Source of the DNA: Eledone cirrhosa
Lineage: Eukaryota
NCBI GenBank assembly: GCA_964016885.1
Contig: OZ024757.1
Location: 15,562,001 to 15,626,000 of the forward strand
Direction: 5' to 3'
DNA: 64,000 nucleotides
Shown here: piece after piece, positions 25,962 through 39,374 of the stretch
Layout of the letters: each line of letters opens with the position of its first letter
How positions within the stretch are numbered: the stretch's first letter is position 1
Notes under the pieces: model-generated
What the model saw: only the letters and a program-made list of their open reading frames with translations
What the model was told of the DNA's origin: nothing
Database searches by the model: none
Program-made: the position numbers and the translations under genes

Positions 25962-26386
25962 TTAACCCTTTAGCATTTAAATCAGCCATATCCAGCCAGA
26001 ATTCTCTCACCTCTTTCTGTTCAAACCAGTTGTAACCGGCCACTCATACTGATATCAAGGTATTGTTCTCAAAATAAATATCAAAATCTCATAGATTCGA
26101 TATTATGTGAGGTAAAGCCTTTACTGTGAAAATACAATAGTATATATATAGAGTAATGTAAATGCTAAAGGGTTAAATCAGCCATATCCGGCCAGAATTC
26201 TCTAACCTCTTTCTGTTCAAACTGGCTGTAACCAGTCACTCATACTGATGTTAAGGTATTGTTCTCAAAATAAATATTATCAAAATCTCATAGATTCGAT
26301 AATAAGTGAGATAATTATGTAAGGTAAAGCCTTTACTCTGAAAACAGAATAGTAAATATAGAGTAATGTAAATGCTAAAGGGTTAA
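25962..26386. mobile_element. Two head-to-tail piggyBac-like MITEs
   Basis: ttaaccctttagcatttaa ... taaatgctaaagggttaa (26176), body repeated to a second taaatgctaaagggttaa (26386). Confidence 0.8.
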
Positions 26387-26791
26387 GAATCCATTCTGTT
26401 TTCCTGTTGGAAAGCCTTTTCTTTGATCCAAGTTTATCAGCATCTTGTTTATCAGGTGACAGACAAGATGTCTCTTTATTAATTCTCCTTCTGCTGGCAT
26501 TTGATTAAGTTTGAGAAGAGACATCGAGAAGTGTATAAAACAGCATCAATATTGAAAGGGTTTGGTTTGGTTTGGTAACAACATTTTGATTGATAATTAT
26601 GAACTGTGTGTGTGTGTGGACTGTATATGTGTGTGTGGGTGTATGTGTGTGTATGTGAAATGTGAGTGTGTGTATATATGTGTGAATGTGTGTGTATATA
26701 TATATATATATATATGTATATGTGTGAGTGTGCATGTATGTATATATATATATATATATATATATTCATATCTATATATATGTGTGAATGC

Positions 26792-26823
<32 letters not shown>

Positions 26824-27143
26824 GTGAGTGTGCATGTATATATATATATATATGAATAGCAATAATGATAGTGACACTAATAGTGTGTGTGCATGTGTGT
26901 ACTTGTATGCATGTGTGCATGCATATACACACATACATAAATACATACATATAATAACAATACATACATACATACATAAATACATATATACATAAATACA
27001 TAGATATATACATAAATACATTTACATAAATACATATATATACATATAATATCAATACATTTAAAATTCAATTTTGCAAAAGAACAAACAATTTATGAAA
27101 CATAGAAGATAAAAACAATAACATCAAATCATATTGAACATTA

Positions 27144-27879
27144 AATAATTGTTTCTACTTTTGGCACAAGGCCAGCAATTATCCCAGTGTATTACTGGTA
27201 CTTTATTTTATCGACCTCGTAAGGATGAAAGGCAAAGTTAACCTCGGCGGGATTTGAACTCTGACCATAAAGGGCCGAAACTCTATGCTGCAAAGCATGG
27301 CGTCCGACCCTCTACCGATACTGCCAATAATTGTTTCTACTTTTGGCACAAGGCCAGCAATTATCCCGGTGTATTACTGGTACTTTATTTTATCGACCCC
27401 GTAAGGATGAAAGGCAAAGTTAACCTCGGCGGGATTTGAACTCAGACCATAAAGGGCCGTAACTCTATGCAGCAAAGCATGGCGTCCGACCCTCTACCGA
27501 TACTGCCAATAATTGTTTCTACTTTTGGCACAAGGCCAGCAATTATCCCAGTGTATTACTGGTACTTTATTTTATCGACCCCGTAAGGATGAAAGGCAAA
27601 GTTAACCTCGGCGGGATTTGAACTCAGACCATAAAGGGCCGAAACTCTATGCTGCAAAGCATGGCGTCCGACCCTCTACCGATACTGCCAATAATTGTTT
27701 CTACTTTTGGCACAAGGCCAGCAATTATCCCGGTGTATTACTGGTACTTTATTTTATCGACCCCGTAAGGATGAAAGGCAAAGTTAACCTCGGCGGGATT
27801 TGAACTCAGACAATAAAGGGCCGTAACTCTATGCTGCAAAGCATGGCGTCCGACCCTCTACCGATACTGCCAATCCACA
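27144..27879 (-). repeat. Four tandem SINE-B copies (182-bp unit, ABAB / 364-bp dimer)
   Basis: Units start at ~27144, 27326, 27508 and 27690; cccagtgt and cccggtgt alternate. Confidence 0.9.
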
Positions 27880-28099
27880 TTTAATAATAATGTAATATTG
27901 ATGACACAGTAAAACAATTAATTACATAACACTCAAGATTTTAATTATTGAAACTGAAAGAAAAGGTAGATTGTATTAATTGAATAATGGTAATTCGTTA
28001 GTGAAGAATGTCATTTAAGTTTCTAACGAGGTAAATATGTCTTTTATATCTTACACACTCAAATTCATTAACTGTGAAGGTACATTATAACTAAATATA

Positions 28100-28965
28100 T
28101 GTATGGAGTGGGGTGGGGGATATGTATGAGAGTGGAGGGGCATGTTTGTGGGTGCATGTATGTGGAGGGAGAGAGGTACATGTTTGCTCGTGTGTGTTGG
28201 AGGGGGTCGGCTACATGTGCGTGTGGGTGGGACATGTGTGGAGGCTACATGTGTGTTTGGCAGGGGGCTACATGCACGTGGGAGGACATGTGTGTGGGGG
28301 GAAAGGGCTACATGTGTGTGTGTGTGGAGAGGGGGGCTACATGTGTTTGGGTGAGGGCGTACATATGTGTATGTGGAGGGGGAGTACATGTGTGGGTATG
28401 TGTGTGTGTGTATGGGGGGGGGTACATGTGCTGGGGGGGGGGGGTACATGCGTGTTTGGAGGAATACACCTATATGTGGTGTCTGTACATGTGTGTGTGT
28501 GTATGTGAGCATGTGCACAAGTGCTTGGTGTCAGTGTGTGTATGTATGCGTGTGCACATGTGTTTGGTGTCAGTACGTGTGTGTATGTATGCGTGTGCAC
28601 ATGTGTTTGGTGTCAGTGTGTGTGTATGTATGCGTGTGCACATGTTTGGTGTCAGTGTGTGTATGTATGCGTGTGCACATGTGTGTATGTATGCGTGTGC
28701 ACATGTGTTTGGTGTCAGTGTGTGTGTATGTATGCGTGTGAACATGTTTTTGGTGTCAGTACATGTGTGTGTGTGTATGTATGCGTGTGCACATGTGTTT
28801 GGTGTCAGTACATGTGTGTGTGTATGTGTGCACGTGCTTGTGTATTTGTGTGTGTGTGTGTGTGTATGTTGGCACACGAATTTCTGTCTGTGTGTGTCTG
28901 TACATGTGTGTGTTAATATATGCACACATCTATATATGCATGCGTGTGTGGTCTGTACATGTGTA
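28100..28965. repeat. GT-rich degenerate minisatellite (acatgtg / ttggtgtcagt motifs)
   Basis: Direct reading. Confidence 0.8.
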
Positions 28966-29127
28966 TGCATGTACACATCTATATCTACTACCAGTCCACC
29001 TTGTAAAAGTGGTAGTGTCAACATCACAACAATATGGTCCCAGTACATGCTGTAAAGTGGTTGGTGTTAAGAAATGCATACTTCCAGGACACATTATAAA
29101 GTGGTGTTAGGATGGTCATCCAATTGT

Positions 29128-31505
29128 AGAAACTAAGTCAAAACAAAGCATACAAGCACGACCTAGTCCCCTGACCAGTAAGGCCTCAGCTCTTGATAAC
29201 CATCTCACCTATACAAGCACGGCAAATAGATGTTAAATGGTGATGATGATGGTGAAACTAAGTCAAAACAAAGCATACAAGCACGACCTAGTCCCCTGAC
29301 CAGTAAGGCCTCAGATCTTGACAGCCATCTCACCTATACAAGCACGGAAAATAGATGTTAAATGGTGATGATGATGGTGAAACTAAGTCAAAACAAAGCA
29401 TACAAGCACGACCTAGTCCCCTGACCAGTAAGGCCTCAGATCTTGACAGCCATCTCACCTATACAAGCACGGAAAATAGATGTTAAATGGTGATGATGAT
29501 GGTGAAACTAAGTCAAAACAAAGCATACAAGCACGACCTAGTCCCCTGACCAGTAAGGCCTCAGCTCTTGATAACCATCTCACCTATACAAGCACGGCAA
29601 ATAGATGTTAAATGGTGATGATGATGGTGAAACTAAGTCAAAACAAAGCATACAAGCACGACCTAGTCCCCTGACCAGTAAGGCCTCAGCTCTTGATAAC
29701 CATCTCACCTATACAAGCACGGAAAATAGATGTTAAATGGTGATGATGATGGTGAAACTAAGTCAAAACAAAGCATACAAGCACGACCTAGTCCCCTGAC
29801 CAGTAAGGCCTCAGATCTTGACAGCCATCTCACCTATACAAGCACGGAAAATAGATGTTAAATGGTGATGATGATGGTGAAACTAAGTCAAAACAAAGCA
29901 TACAAGCACGACCTAGTCCCCTGACCAGTAAGGCCTCAGATCTTGACAGCCATCTCACCTATACAAGCACGGAAAATAGATGTTAAATGGTGATGATGAT
30001 GGTGAAACTAAGTCAAAACAAAGCATACAAGCACGACCTAGTCCCCTGACCAGTAAGGCCTCAGCTCTTGATAACCATCTCACCTATACAAGCACGGCAA
30101 ATAGATGTTAAATGGTGATGATGATGGTGAAACTAAGTCAAAACAAAGCATACAAGCACGACCTAGTCCCCTGACCAGTAAGGCCTCAGCTCTTGATAAC
30201 CATCTCACCTATACAAGCACGGAAAATAGATGTTAAATGGTGATGATGATGGTGAAACTAAGTCAAAACAAAGCATACAAGCACGACCTAGTCCCCTGAC
30301 CAGTAAGGCCTTAGCTCTTGACAGCCATCTCACCTATACAAGCACGGAAAATAGATGTTAAATGGTGATGATGATGGTGAAACTAAGTCAAAACAAAGCA
30401 TACAAGCACGACCTAGTCCCCTGACCAGTAAGGCCTCAGCTCTTGATAACCATCTCACCTATACAAGCACGGAAAATAGATGTTAAATGGTGATGATGAT
30501 GGTGAAACTAAGTCAAAACAAAGCATACAAGCACGACCTAGTCCCCTGACCAGTAAGGCCTCAGCTCTTGATAACCATCTCACCTATACAAGCACGGAAA
30601 ATAGATGTTAAATGGTGATGATGATGGTGAAACTAAGTCAAAACAAAGCATACAAGCACAACCTAGTCACCTGACCAGTAAGGCCTCAGCTCTTGATAAC
30701 CATCTCACCTATACAAGCACGGAAAATAGATGTTAAATGGTGATGATGATGGTGAAACTAAGTCAAAACAAAGCATACAAGCACGACCTAGTCCCCTGAC
30801 CAGTAAGGCCTCAGCTCTTGATAACCATCTCACCTATACAAGCACGGAAAATAGATGTTAAATGGTGATGATGATGGTGAAACTAAGTCAAAACAAAGCA
30901 TACAAGCACGACCTAGTCCCCTGACCAGTAAGGCCTCAGCTCTTGATAACCATCTCACCTATACAAGCACGGAAAATAGATGTTAAATGGTGATGATGAT
31001 GGTGAAACTAAGTCAAAACAAAGCATACAAGCACAACCTAGTCACCTGACCAGTAAGGCCTCAGCTCTTGATAACCATCTCACCTATACAAGCACGGAAA
31101 ATAGATGTTAAATGGTGATGATGATGGTGAAACTAAGTCAAAACAAAGCATACAAGCACGACCTAGTCATCTGACCAGTAAGGCCTCAGCTCTTGATAAC
31201 CATCTCACCTATACAAGCACGGAAAATAGATGTTAAATGGTGATGATGATGGTGAAACTAAGTCAAAACAAAGCATACAAGCACGACCTAGTCATCTGAC
31301 CAGTAAGGCCTCAGCTCTTGATAACCATCTCACCTATACAAGCACGGAAAATAGATGTTAAATGGTGATGATGATGGTGAAACTAAGTCAAAACAAAGCA
31401 TACAAGCACGACCTAGTCATCTGACCAGTAAAGCCTCAGCTCTTGACAACCATCTCACCTATACAAGCACGGCAAATAGATGTTAAATGGTGATGCTGAT
31501 GGTGA
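29128..31505 (+). repeat. 125-bp satellite, 19 units, derived from an RTE/SINE 3' tail including its (GAT)n
   Basis: aactaagtca recurs every 125 bp from 29131 to 31381. Preceded by gtggtgttaggatggtcatccaattgtaga, the upstream part of the same tail. Confidence 0.92.
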
Positions 31506-31836
31506 ATTGGCAGTCATTATAATGTCGGATAGAATGCTTTGTTGGTATTCATTCTGGCTCTATGCTCTTGGAGTTCAAATCCTACCGAGATCAACTTTAT
31601 CTTTCATCCATTCAAGGTTGATAAAAAAAGTTCAAGTCTAGTACTGGGGTCGATTCTTGTTCTATATCACTTTCTCATTTCATCTATCTCACTTTCTGTC
31701 TTTCTCTGGAAGAAATCAGCTAATCAGCTGTACTCAGGCCTGGAGAGGGTTAGGCTCTGGCAGGCGTGGAATGCCCAAGAAATGTTGTATGTCAATCCAG
31801 TGCCCCTATGACTATCAGGAATTACGGGACCATACA

Positions 31837-32007
31837 TACTATATTTCCTGGCACCGAAGACGCTTAGTCCTCGAGGACGCACCCTAATTTTGACAACCAA
31901 AAATTTGAAAAAAAATAATAAACATCCTTTGGCCTCCTGGACGATTAGTAGATTTTTTACTTATTTTAGGAAAAAAGTAGCGTCTTCAACACATTGAAAT
32001 ACGGTAC
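31837..32007. mobile_element. pogo/Tigger-like MITE
   Basis: Ends tactatatttc...gaagacgc and gcgtcttc...gaaatacggta form an imperfect TIR with TA termini. Confidence 0.65.
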
Positions 32008-32140
32008 ATATAATAATGATAATAATAATAATGAAATTATTGTGTACAGTGCTCAGGTGCACTACAACTCATCAAAGGTGCATGTATAGTACATAGAATA
32101 ATGTACAAATGTCAGGAAAATGAACAGTGTATGAGTCATG

Positions 32141-32194
<54 letters not shown>

Positions 32195-32709
32195 AATATT
32201 GTGCACAGTGCCCAGGTGCACCACAACTCATCAAAAAGTGCATGTACATCTTCATTGAGCTAACATCATATCAACTGAGAGAGAAAGGTTCAGATTTGAA
32301 ACAGTGATCATTCAGCTTCTCTTAAGAATATTTTTATTCTGCGAAGCTCTGACCTGGCCTTTCTTTGTGTATAAATTTAACAAAAATGGTTGACTTCTAA
32401 CAAGATTTTCCTCTTCATTGCAGATGTTAGCATAAAGTCAGTTATCGCAAAATATCAATTTGAACTGGGCCGTGACCTTTCCAGACACGGTTTATCATCT
32501 TACACCTAGCCAACACCGGCTAAGTTGAGCCAATCTATCGGAAAAACTCAACTTGTTATTCACTGTAGTAGCTATCACTTGACATTTGATCATGTTATTT
32601 AAATATTGTATGATCTTAAAAACCATTAATATGAATTATTTATTACAGAATATCTATATTAAAATAAAACAACAACAACAACAACAAAAGAAGAAGATTC
32701 AATAAATAC

Positions 32710-32740
<31 letters not shown>

Positions 32741-32982
32741 TTAGAAAAAAAAAATCAATGAATTTGCCGCGAAGAAAAGGAAGGAATAATGTATTTATTT
32801 CCATTACCCTGGATTGCTTGTTGCAAACACAGAACTGCAGTAGATTCTTGGGATTAATCCCCTTCGCCCTCACCCTTGCCATTATCATTTTACATCCACT
32901 TTCCATGTTGGCTTGGATTGGACAGGTTGTCACTGTCAAAGCTAGTTCTTGGATAGAGTTACCACCCCTTATAGATTGATGT

Positions 32983-33580
32983 GAAGGTAGCGAATTGGCA
33001 GAGTCGTTACAACGTTGGATAGAATGCTTTGCGGTATTTGTTCCAACTCCCTGCTCTCTGAGTTCATATCCTGCCAAGCTCAACTTTGCCTTTTATCCAT
33101 TTAAGGTCAATAAAAAAGTACCAGTCTAATACTGGGGAGAATTCTTCTTCTATATCTCTTTCTCACTTCCGTTCTCTCACTCTTTAGCCTTCCCTGGAAG
33201 AAATCTGCTGTATTCAGACCTACCCCACCAAGGTCAACTTTGCGTTTCATCTATTTAAAGTCGATAAAAAAAGTACCAGTCAAGTACTGGGGTCGATTCT
33301 TCCTCTCTATCTCTCACTTCCTTTCTCTCACTTTCTCTCCTTCTCTGGAAGAAATCTGCTGTACTCAGTCCTGGAGAGGGATGGGCTCCACCAGGCTTTA
33401 AATGCCCAGGAAACGCTGCATGCCAATATGGTGCCCCTACAATTCCATCAGGAGTTACAGGATCTGCTGTATTCAAACCTGCAGAGGAGATGGGCTCCAC
33501 CTGGTTTTAAAATGTCCTAGAAACACTGTAAATATGGCGCCCCTTCAACTCACTCAGCCGTTACGGGTCCATACATACAT
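32983..33580 (+). mobile_element. SINE (family B-related head, CT-rich body) with internal duplication
   Basis: Related copies at 31500-31835, 35408-35962 and 63373-63705. Confidence 0.7.
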
Positions 33581-35195
33581 AGATTGATGAGAAGGTGTGT
33601 GGTCTAGTGATTATGGTGTCAAAACTGACAATCATAATGTTGTTGGTTTGATTCCTGGGCTGGGTTGTGCATTGTGTACTTGATCAAAATACTTCATTTC
33701 ATATTGCTCCAGTACTCTCAGCTGAAAATGAGTACCAGCATTATCTGCTGTATCAGCAGGAAAGTATCACTTGCTGTGTAGTTAGTTACTAAGGTGATAT
33801 CCATATGTCTTTCACACACAGTCTCTCTCTCACTCACTGTATTTCTCTCTCAACATTTCGTATAGAAAAACTAGTTTCGGTTTACAAATATTTCGGATGA
33901 CAGACAGCCTTCAGGAATGAATTAAATTCATGAACCAAGGTTCCACTGTATATTATTCTATAGACAGTATTTGTAACATAACTTAACAGAATATTTTTAT
34001 ATCAAATTATGCTGGAAGGTTTTATTTAAAATAATAATTTCCAACATAATTTAATGGGTTCTGATTTAGGCATAAGACCAACAATTTTTGGGGTAGGGGA
34101 AAGTCGATTAATTTGACCCCTGTGCATTACTGGTACTTTATTTTGAAAGGTAAAGCTAACCCCGACAGGCTTTGAACTCAGAATGTAAAGAACCATAACT
34201 ATATGCCACGAAGAATGGTATCTGATGCTCTACTGTTTCTGCCAATCCAGTGCCTTTAATAGTTTTTGATTTAGGCACAAGGCCAACATTTTGGGGGAGG
34301 GGAGAGTCGATTAATTCAACCCCTTGTGTCTTATAGGTACTTTATTTTTTTCGACCCCATAAGGATGAAAGGCAAAGCTAAACTCAGCGGGATTTGAAAT
34401 TAGAATGTAAAGGGCCATAACTATATGCCACGAAGCATGGTATCTGACGATCTACCAATCCTTACAATCAACCGCCCACTTGCCAACATAATTTAATATA
34501 AGAACCTTTTGTTAAGTTATGTTACAAATACAACCTAAAGAATGAAATAATTAATAATTCTAGTAAATCTCTCCAAATTTTCTATTAATTAAATGAAATA
34601 CAGTGTATGCCATTATAATTATGATCACGAAATGGTTAAACCTTTTCATGACCATGTTTTAATTAAATACACTGCTTATTTGTTTAAATTAATCTTGAAA
34701 ATAATCAGAATTTTGGAAGGGTTTAATAAAATAATTATTCTGTTCATCATCAAAAACATGTCTTTGTTTAGGGCAGTGGATTGACAGTATCGGTAGATTG
34801 TTGGACAACATGTTTTGCAGCATATAGTTATGGCCCTTCATGGCCCTTCATGTTCTAATTTCAAATGCCGACAGTAGGTCCTGTCAGAAGCAACTGTCTC
34901 CAATTGATCCAGCTGATCTCCAAGTGAGACCAGCTGAGCTCATGGATGTTATCAAGCCATTTTGCTCACTGTCTACCCCTTAGTCTCCTACTGGTTTTGG
35001 AGAAGTAGTGGCTCTACTTGGAACCACTCTCTGATCTCCGAGGTACTCCCTCTCTCGAGTAGTGGTTACTCCGCAGACCTTTCAGAGCAACCCCATTTCA
35101 GTTGCAGGTATTTGCAGAAATAAATTTTCAAAGGTGTATAGATTATGATTATGGTGAAGATATTGAAAAAAAAAAAAGTAATAATACATACCATA

Positions 35196-35373
35196 TATAT
35201 ACTCAAATATAAGCTGAACCCCTACCTCTATTTTATGTCTGTGAAATAGGTGAAAATCCAAACCCTGTTTATTAACTGAAACTGCTAATCGACACATTGT
35301 TTAGATGGCATATAAAAGCCAACCTCCCATTTTTGGTCACATATTCCTCGGCTTATATTCAAGTATATACAGT
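35196..35373. mobile_element. Tigger-like MITE
   Basis: tatatactcaaatataagctga ... tcggcttatattcaagtatata inverted ends. Confidence 0.5.
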
Positions 35374-35666
35374 GTATTTTTTTCACAATTCATAATTGTA
35401 GAAATAAAGGTGGCGAATTGGCAGAGTTGCTAGAATGTTGAATAGAATGCCTTGTGGTATTCATTCTGGCTTGGCTTTTAGAGTTCAAATCCCACTGAGG
35501 TCAACTTTGCCTTTCAAACTTTCGAGCTCAATAAAAAAGTACTAGTTAGGTACTGGGGTAGATTTTTCCCCTATATGCCTTTCTTACTTCCTCTCTCTCA
35601 CTTTCTATTCTCCTCTGGAAGAAATCTTCTGTATTCAGGTCTGGAGAGGAATGGGCTCCACCAGGC

Positions 35667-35894
35667 TTAACCCTTTAGTATTCACATTACTCTATATATA
35701 CTATTGTATTTTCACAGTGGAGGTTTTATCTTGCATAATTATCTCACATAATATCGAATCTACAAGATTTTGATGTTATTTATTTTGAGAACAATACCTT
35801 AACATCCGTATGAGCAGCCAGTTACAGCCGGTTTGAACAAAAAGAGGTGAAATAATTCTGGCCAGATACGGCCATTTAAATGCTAAAGGGTTAA
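35667..35894. mobile_element. piggyBac-like MITE inserted at TTAA inside a SINE
   Basis: ccaggcTTAA-ccctttag...ctaaaggg-TTAAgatgcccagg. Uninterrupted paralogues: ccaggctttaaatgcccagg (33391) and tcaggcttaaactgccc (63631). Confidence 0.85.
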
Positions 35895-36605
35895 GATGCC
35901 CAGGAAATGCTGTATGCCAATACAGTACCCCTATGATTCTATCAGGAGTTAGAGAATTTTACCATACAATACCAGTTGTAGAAATAATATTACATTCTGG
36001 TAGAAAATTTACAACATTATCCTGATTGATAATATTCATTATCAGCATTAGAAAAACGGCACAATGAAATACATTTTAGAGTTGATATCTAGCCTATTAT
36101 AAACACAAATTGAAAGTATTCATTAATGAAAGCATTCACAAACGGAAGTACACAATAATGAAAGTATTATGTTCCCTCCTTCATTTTCCAAGTAATCCTA
36201 ATGAAATTTCACATTCAGTGGGTGGGGGAATTAAACTGTAGTTACAACATAATAGGTGTGGGGATGTTCTCAACTGGAAAACACTAAATCGAATCAAAAA
36301 AGAAAAATGGAATGAAATGAAATGAGGAGATTAAAACAAAAATATATAAAAAATAAAATAAAATAAAATAAAATAAATAAAACAAAATAAATAAATAAAA
36401 TAAAATAAAATAAAATAAAATAAAATAAAATAAAATAAAATGAAATAAAATAAAATGAAATAAAAAAAAAAATAATGTAAAATGAAATAAAAATGAAGAA
36501 AGAAAAGTGTTTCTATTGATTTATCTCTTTGACAAAACGAAATGGTAAACATCTTTTCGTATGTTAATTTTACAGAATTACAGAACCAATTCATTTTACC
36601 AAAGA

Positions 36606-36695
<90 letters not shown>

Positions 36696-36757
36696 ATAAT
36701 GAATAAATAAAAAAAATCAAATAGGAGAATACTCAGGAGAATATATAAATAACTAGA

Positions 36758-36793
<36 letters not shown>

Positions 36794-37413
36794 TGTCTGT
36801 GTGTGTGTATGTCTGTCTGTGTATGTGTATCTGTCTATGTGTGTATGCGTGTCTGTCTGTGTGTCTGTATGTGTCTGTGTGTGTGTCTGTGTGTGTGGTA
36901 TGTGTGTGGTGTATGTGTTTGTGTATGTGTTTGTGTATGTGTGTGTGTCTGTGTGTGTGTATGTCTGTCTGTGTGTCTGTGTGTGTGTGTGTATGTCTGT
37001 CTGTGTATAAGTGTGTGTGTATATAAGTGTGTGTGTATATGTGTGTGTGTGTATGTATAAGAACTTGATTTTTTCCCATGTAAGCTTCTCAATAAATCGA
37101 CTTGGAAGAGAAATATCTATAGAAATTGTTAACTGATTCTTAATGTTAGCCTATCACTTAGAGCTATCTCACACACACAGACTGTGTTTTGTTTGTTTTT
37201 AGTCTACCATTGGAATGACAGGAAGAGAGAAGACGGCTGCAGTTTGCAGGATGGGGGAGGCTGCAGTTTGCAGGATGGAGGTGGCTGCAGAAAGAGCCTC
37301 TTGTTGGCTTTCGAACAGGACAGATGACATAAGCTGGAGACCAGGAGGCAAAGACAGGCAGTAATTTGGCTACCATAGCTGACCCATCAGTGAGAGGCTG
37401 TTACGGTTGAGGG

Positions 37414-37467
<54 letters not shown>

Positions 37468-37479
<12 letters not shown>

Positions 37480-37790
37480 AGATCAAAAGATGGTTAAATG
37501 AGTTCCATGTATTTTATTATGCGCATTTCAAAAACAAATATCATCATGCAATAACATTTGTGTTTTCATCAGATAAAATAGGAAGACATGATATGAAGGT
37601 TAAAAAACACTTGTGAATAGTGCAGTTTTAAATCAACATATTCACAAGTGTTTTTTAACCTTCATATCATGTCTTCCTATTTTATCTGATGAAAACACAA
37701 ATGTTATTGCATGATGATATTTGTTTTTGAAATGCGCATAATAAAATACATGGAACTCATTTAACCATCTTTTGATCTTATATATTATGT
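37468..37790. mobile_element. Penelope-like end (family 4) as a palindrome with ~150-bp arms and a ~21-bp spacer
   Basis: The ORF track gives an identical peptide on both strands; flanked by (TA)n. Confidence 0.75.
37678..37748 (+). ncRNA. Type I hammerhead ribozyme motif (family 4); mirror copy on minus at 37510-37580
   Basis: tattttat CTGATGA aaacacaaatgttatt-gc-atgatgatatttgttttt GAAA tgcgca TA ataaaata: 8-bp stem I, long stem II, palindromic stem III ATGCGCAT. Confidence 0.85.
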
Positions 37791-37974
37791 ATACTCCAGT
37801 CCTACAAACTGTAGAGTGCTTCTTATCCGATATCTGCATTGCTTTATTGTACTACAATAAAACTCACCTCCTACATATATATATATATATATATATATAA
37901 CGAAGGAAGTGTGGTAAGGAACCAGGCGGACCATAACGCACCAGAGTAGTCAGAGTTGGTTATATATATATATA

Positions 37975-38262
37975 TATATATAAGGAAAAAAGATGAAATC
38001 GAAAATGCAACTGGAGTCTTTTTTTTTTTAAATATATATATTTATTTTGTTCCTTTACCGGATTCGCAGTTCTTCTGCTTTTCAAAAGTAGAGTTGAGGG
38101 TCTGTGGTTTTTCTCACAGTGAGAAAAACCACAGACCCTCCATCTCAACTCTACTTTTGAAAAGCAGAAGAACTGCAAAACTGGTAAAGGAACCAAATAA
38201 ATATATATATTTAAAAAAAAAAAGACTCCAGTTGCATTTTCGATTTCATCTATTTTCCTTAT
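37975..38262. mobile_element. Fold-back element (family 6), palindrome centred near 38118
   Basis: Near-identical peptides on both strands in the ORF track; partial copy at 43528-43602. Confidence 0.65.
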
Positions 38263-39374
38263 ACTTTCACTCGTGTAGGACACCTCGGTTATTTTTCATT
38301 TTGTAAAAAAAACCCTCACTTTCTAATATATATATATATTAGTAATAATAATATAATAAATTTGAAGACTAAAATCCAAAGAGGGCTCGATAAGGATAAA
38401 TATATATCAAATATATAAGAACCGTAGAGCAAATATTTATTAAAATAACAGATTAAAGTTTAAGCAAAGAATCACTGTTTTCACTCTTAACGGGATCTTC
38501 TGAAACTAAAAAAATCAATCTGTGAACGCAGAAGTAAATATTTCGAATAACTTTGCAACCGAAGGAAGACAGGAAGACTATACTTTGGTTCAGTATGTCC
38601 TTCTCTCCCCTCTCCCTTTCTTTCATTGCTTAATTTTGTTTTTAATCTTCTTCTTTCCCTTTCACTTTTTTGTTTCATTTAACCCTTTAGCATTTAAACC
38701 AGCCATATCCGGCCAGAATTCTCTCACCTTCTTCTGTTCAAACCAGCTCAAACCCAGCTGCTCACACTGATGTTAAGGTATGGCACTCAAAATGAATAAT
38801 ATCAAAATCTCATAGATTTGATATTATGTAAGATAAAGCCCTTACCATGAAAATATAATAGTAAATATAGAGTAAACACCAGTCTGATGAGCCTCCAGGT
38901 TCGAGACAGAATTTAGATGATCATGATGATGGTTATATGTAAATAGAATAAAGTAACTTTAAAAATCCAACACAGTCTCTCTCCAGTGGTTATTCTATCT
39001 TCTGAGAACATTTAATGATGGAGGATATTTAAATATCATAAAGCATATCTGGAAATTATGTTTACACACGATTTTCTGATATAAACAGAAGTCAGCTGAG
39101 GATTAAAATTAATTATAAATTATAAATTAATTATAATTTCCATCTTTTATACAATTTATTACATTTCAATAATGGAATATATCAAAGGAAAAGTGTCTTC
39201 ATATTTTACATGTTAGCTGTTCATTAGAAGATAAAGTGGGAGATAGAAGAAGAAAACACATGACATTGAGTGCTTAAAAGAGAAAAAAAAGAAGGAAAGG
39301 GGTAGGATTGTTAAGCGATGAAAGAAGGGAGAAGGAGAGAAGGTGACAGACTTCAGACTTAAGTTAGAGTGGGG

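Noticed and set aside
29128-31505. CRISPR-like regular array
   Set aside because: Units are near-identical over their whole length, with no variable spacers and no cas genes; eukaryotic context.
38877-38925. ctgatgag...gagac motifs (also ~40010 and ~40114) resembling hammerhead cores
   Set aside because: No GAAA, stem III or stem I pairing; they are diverged SINE 3' tails.
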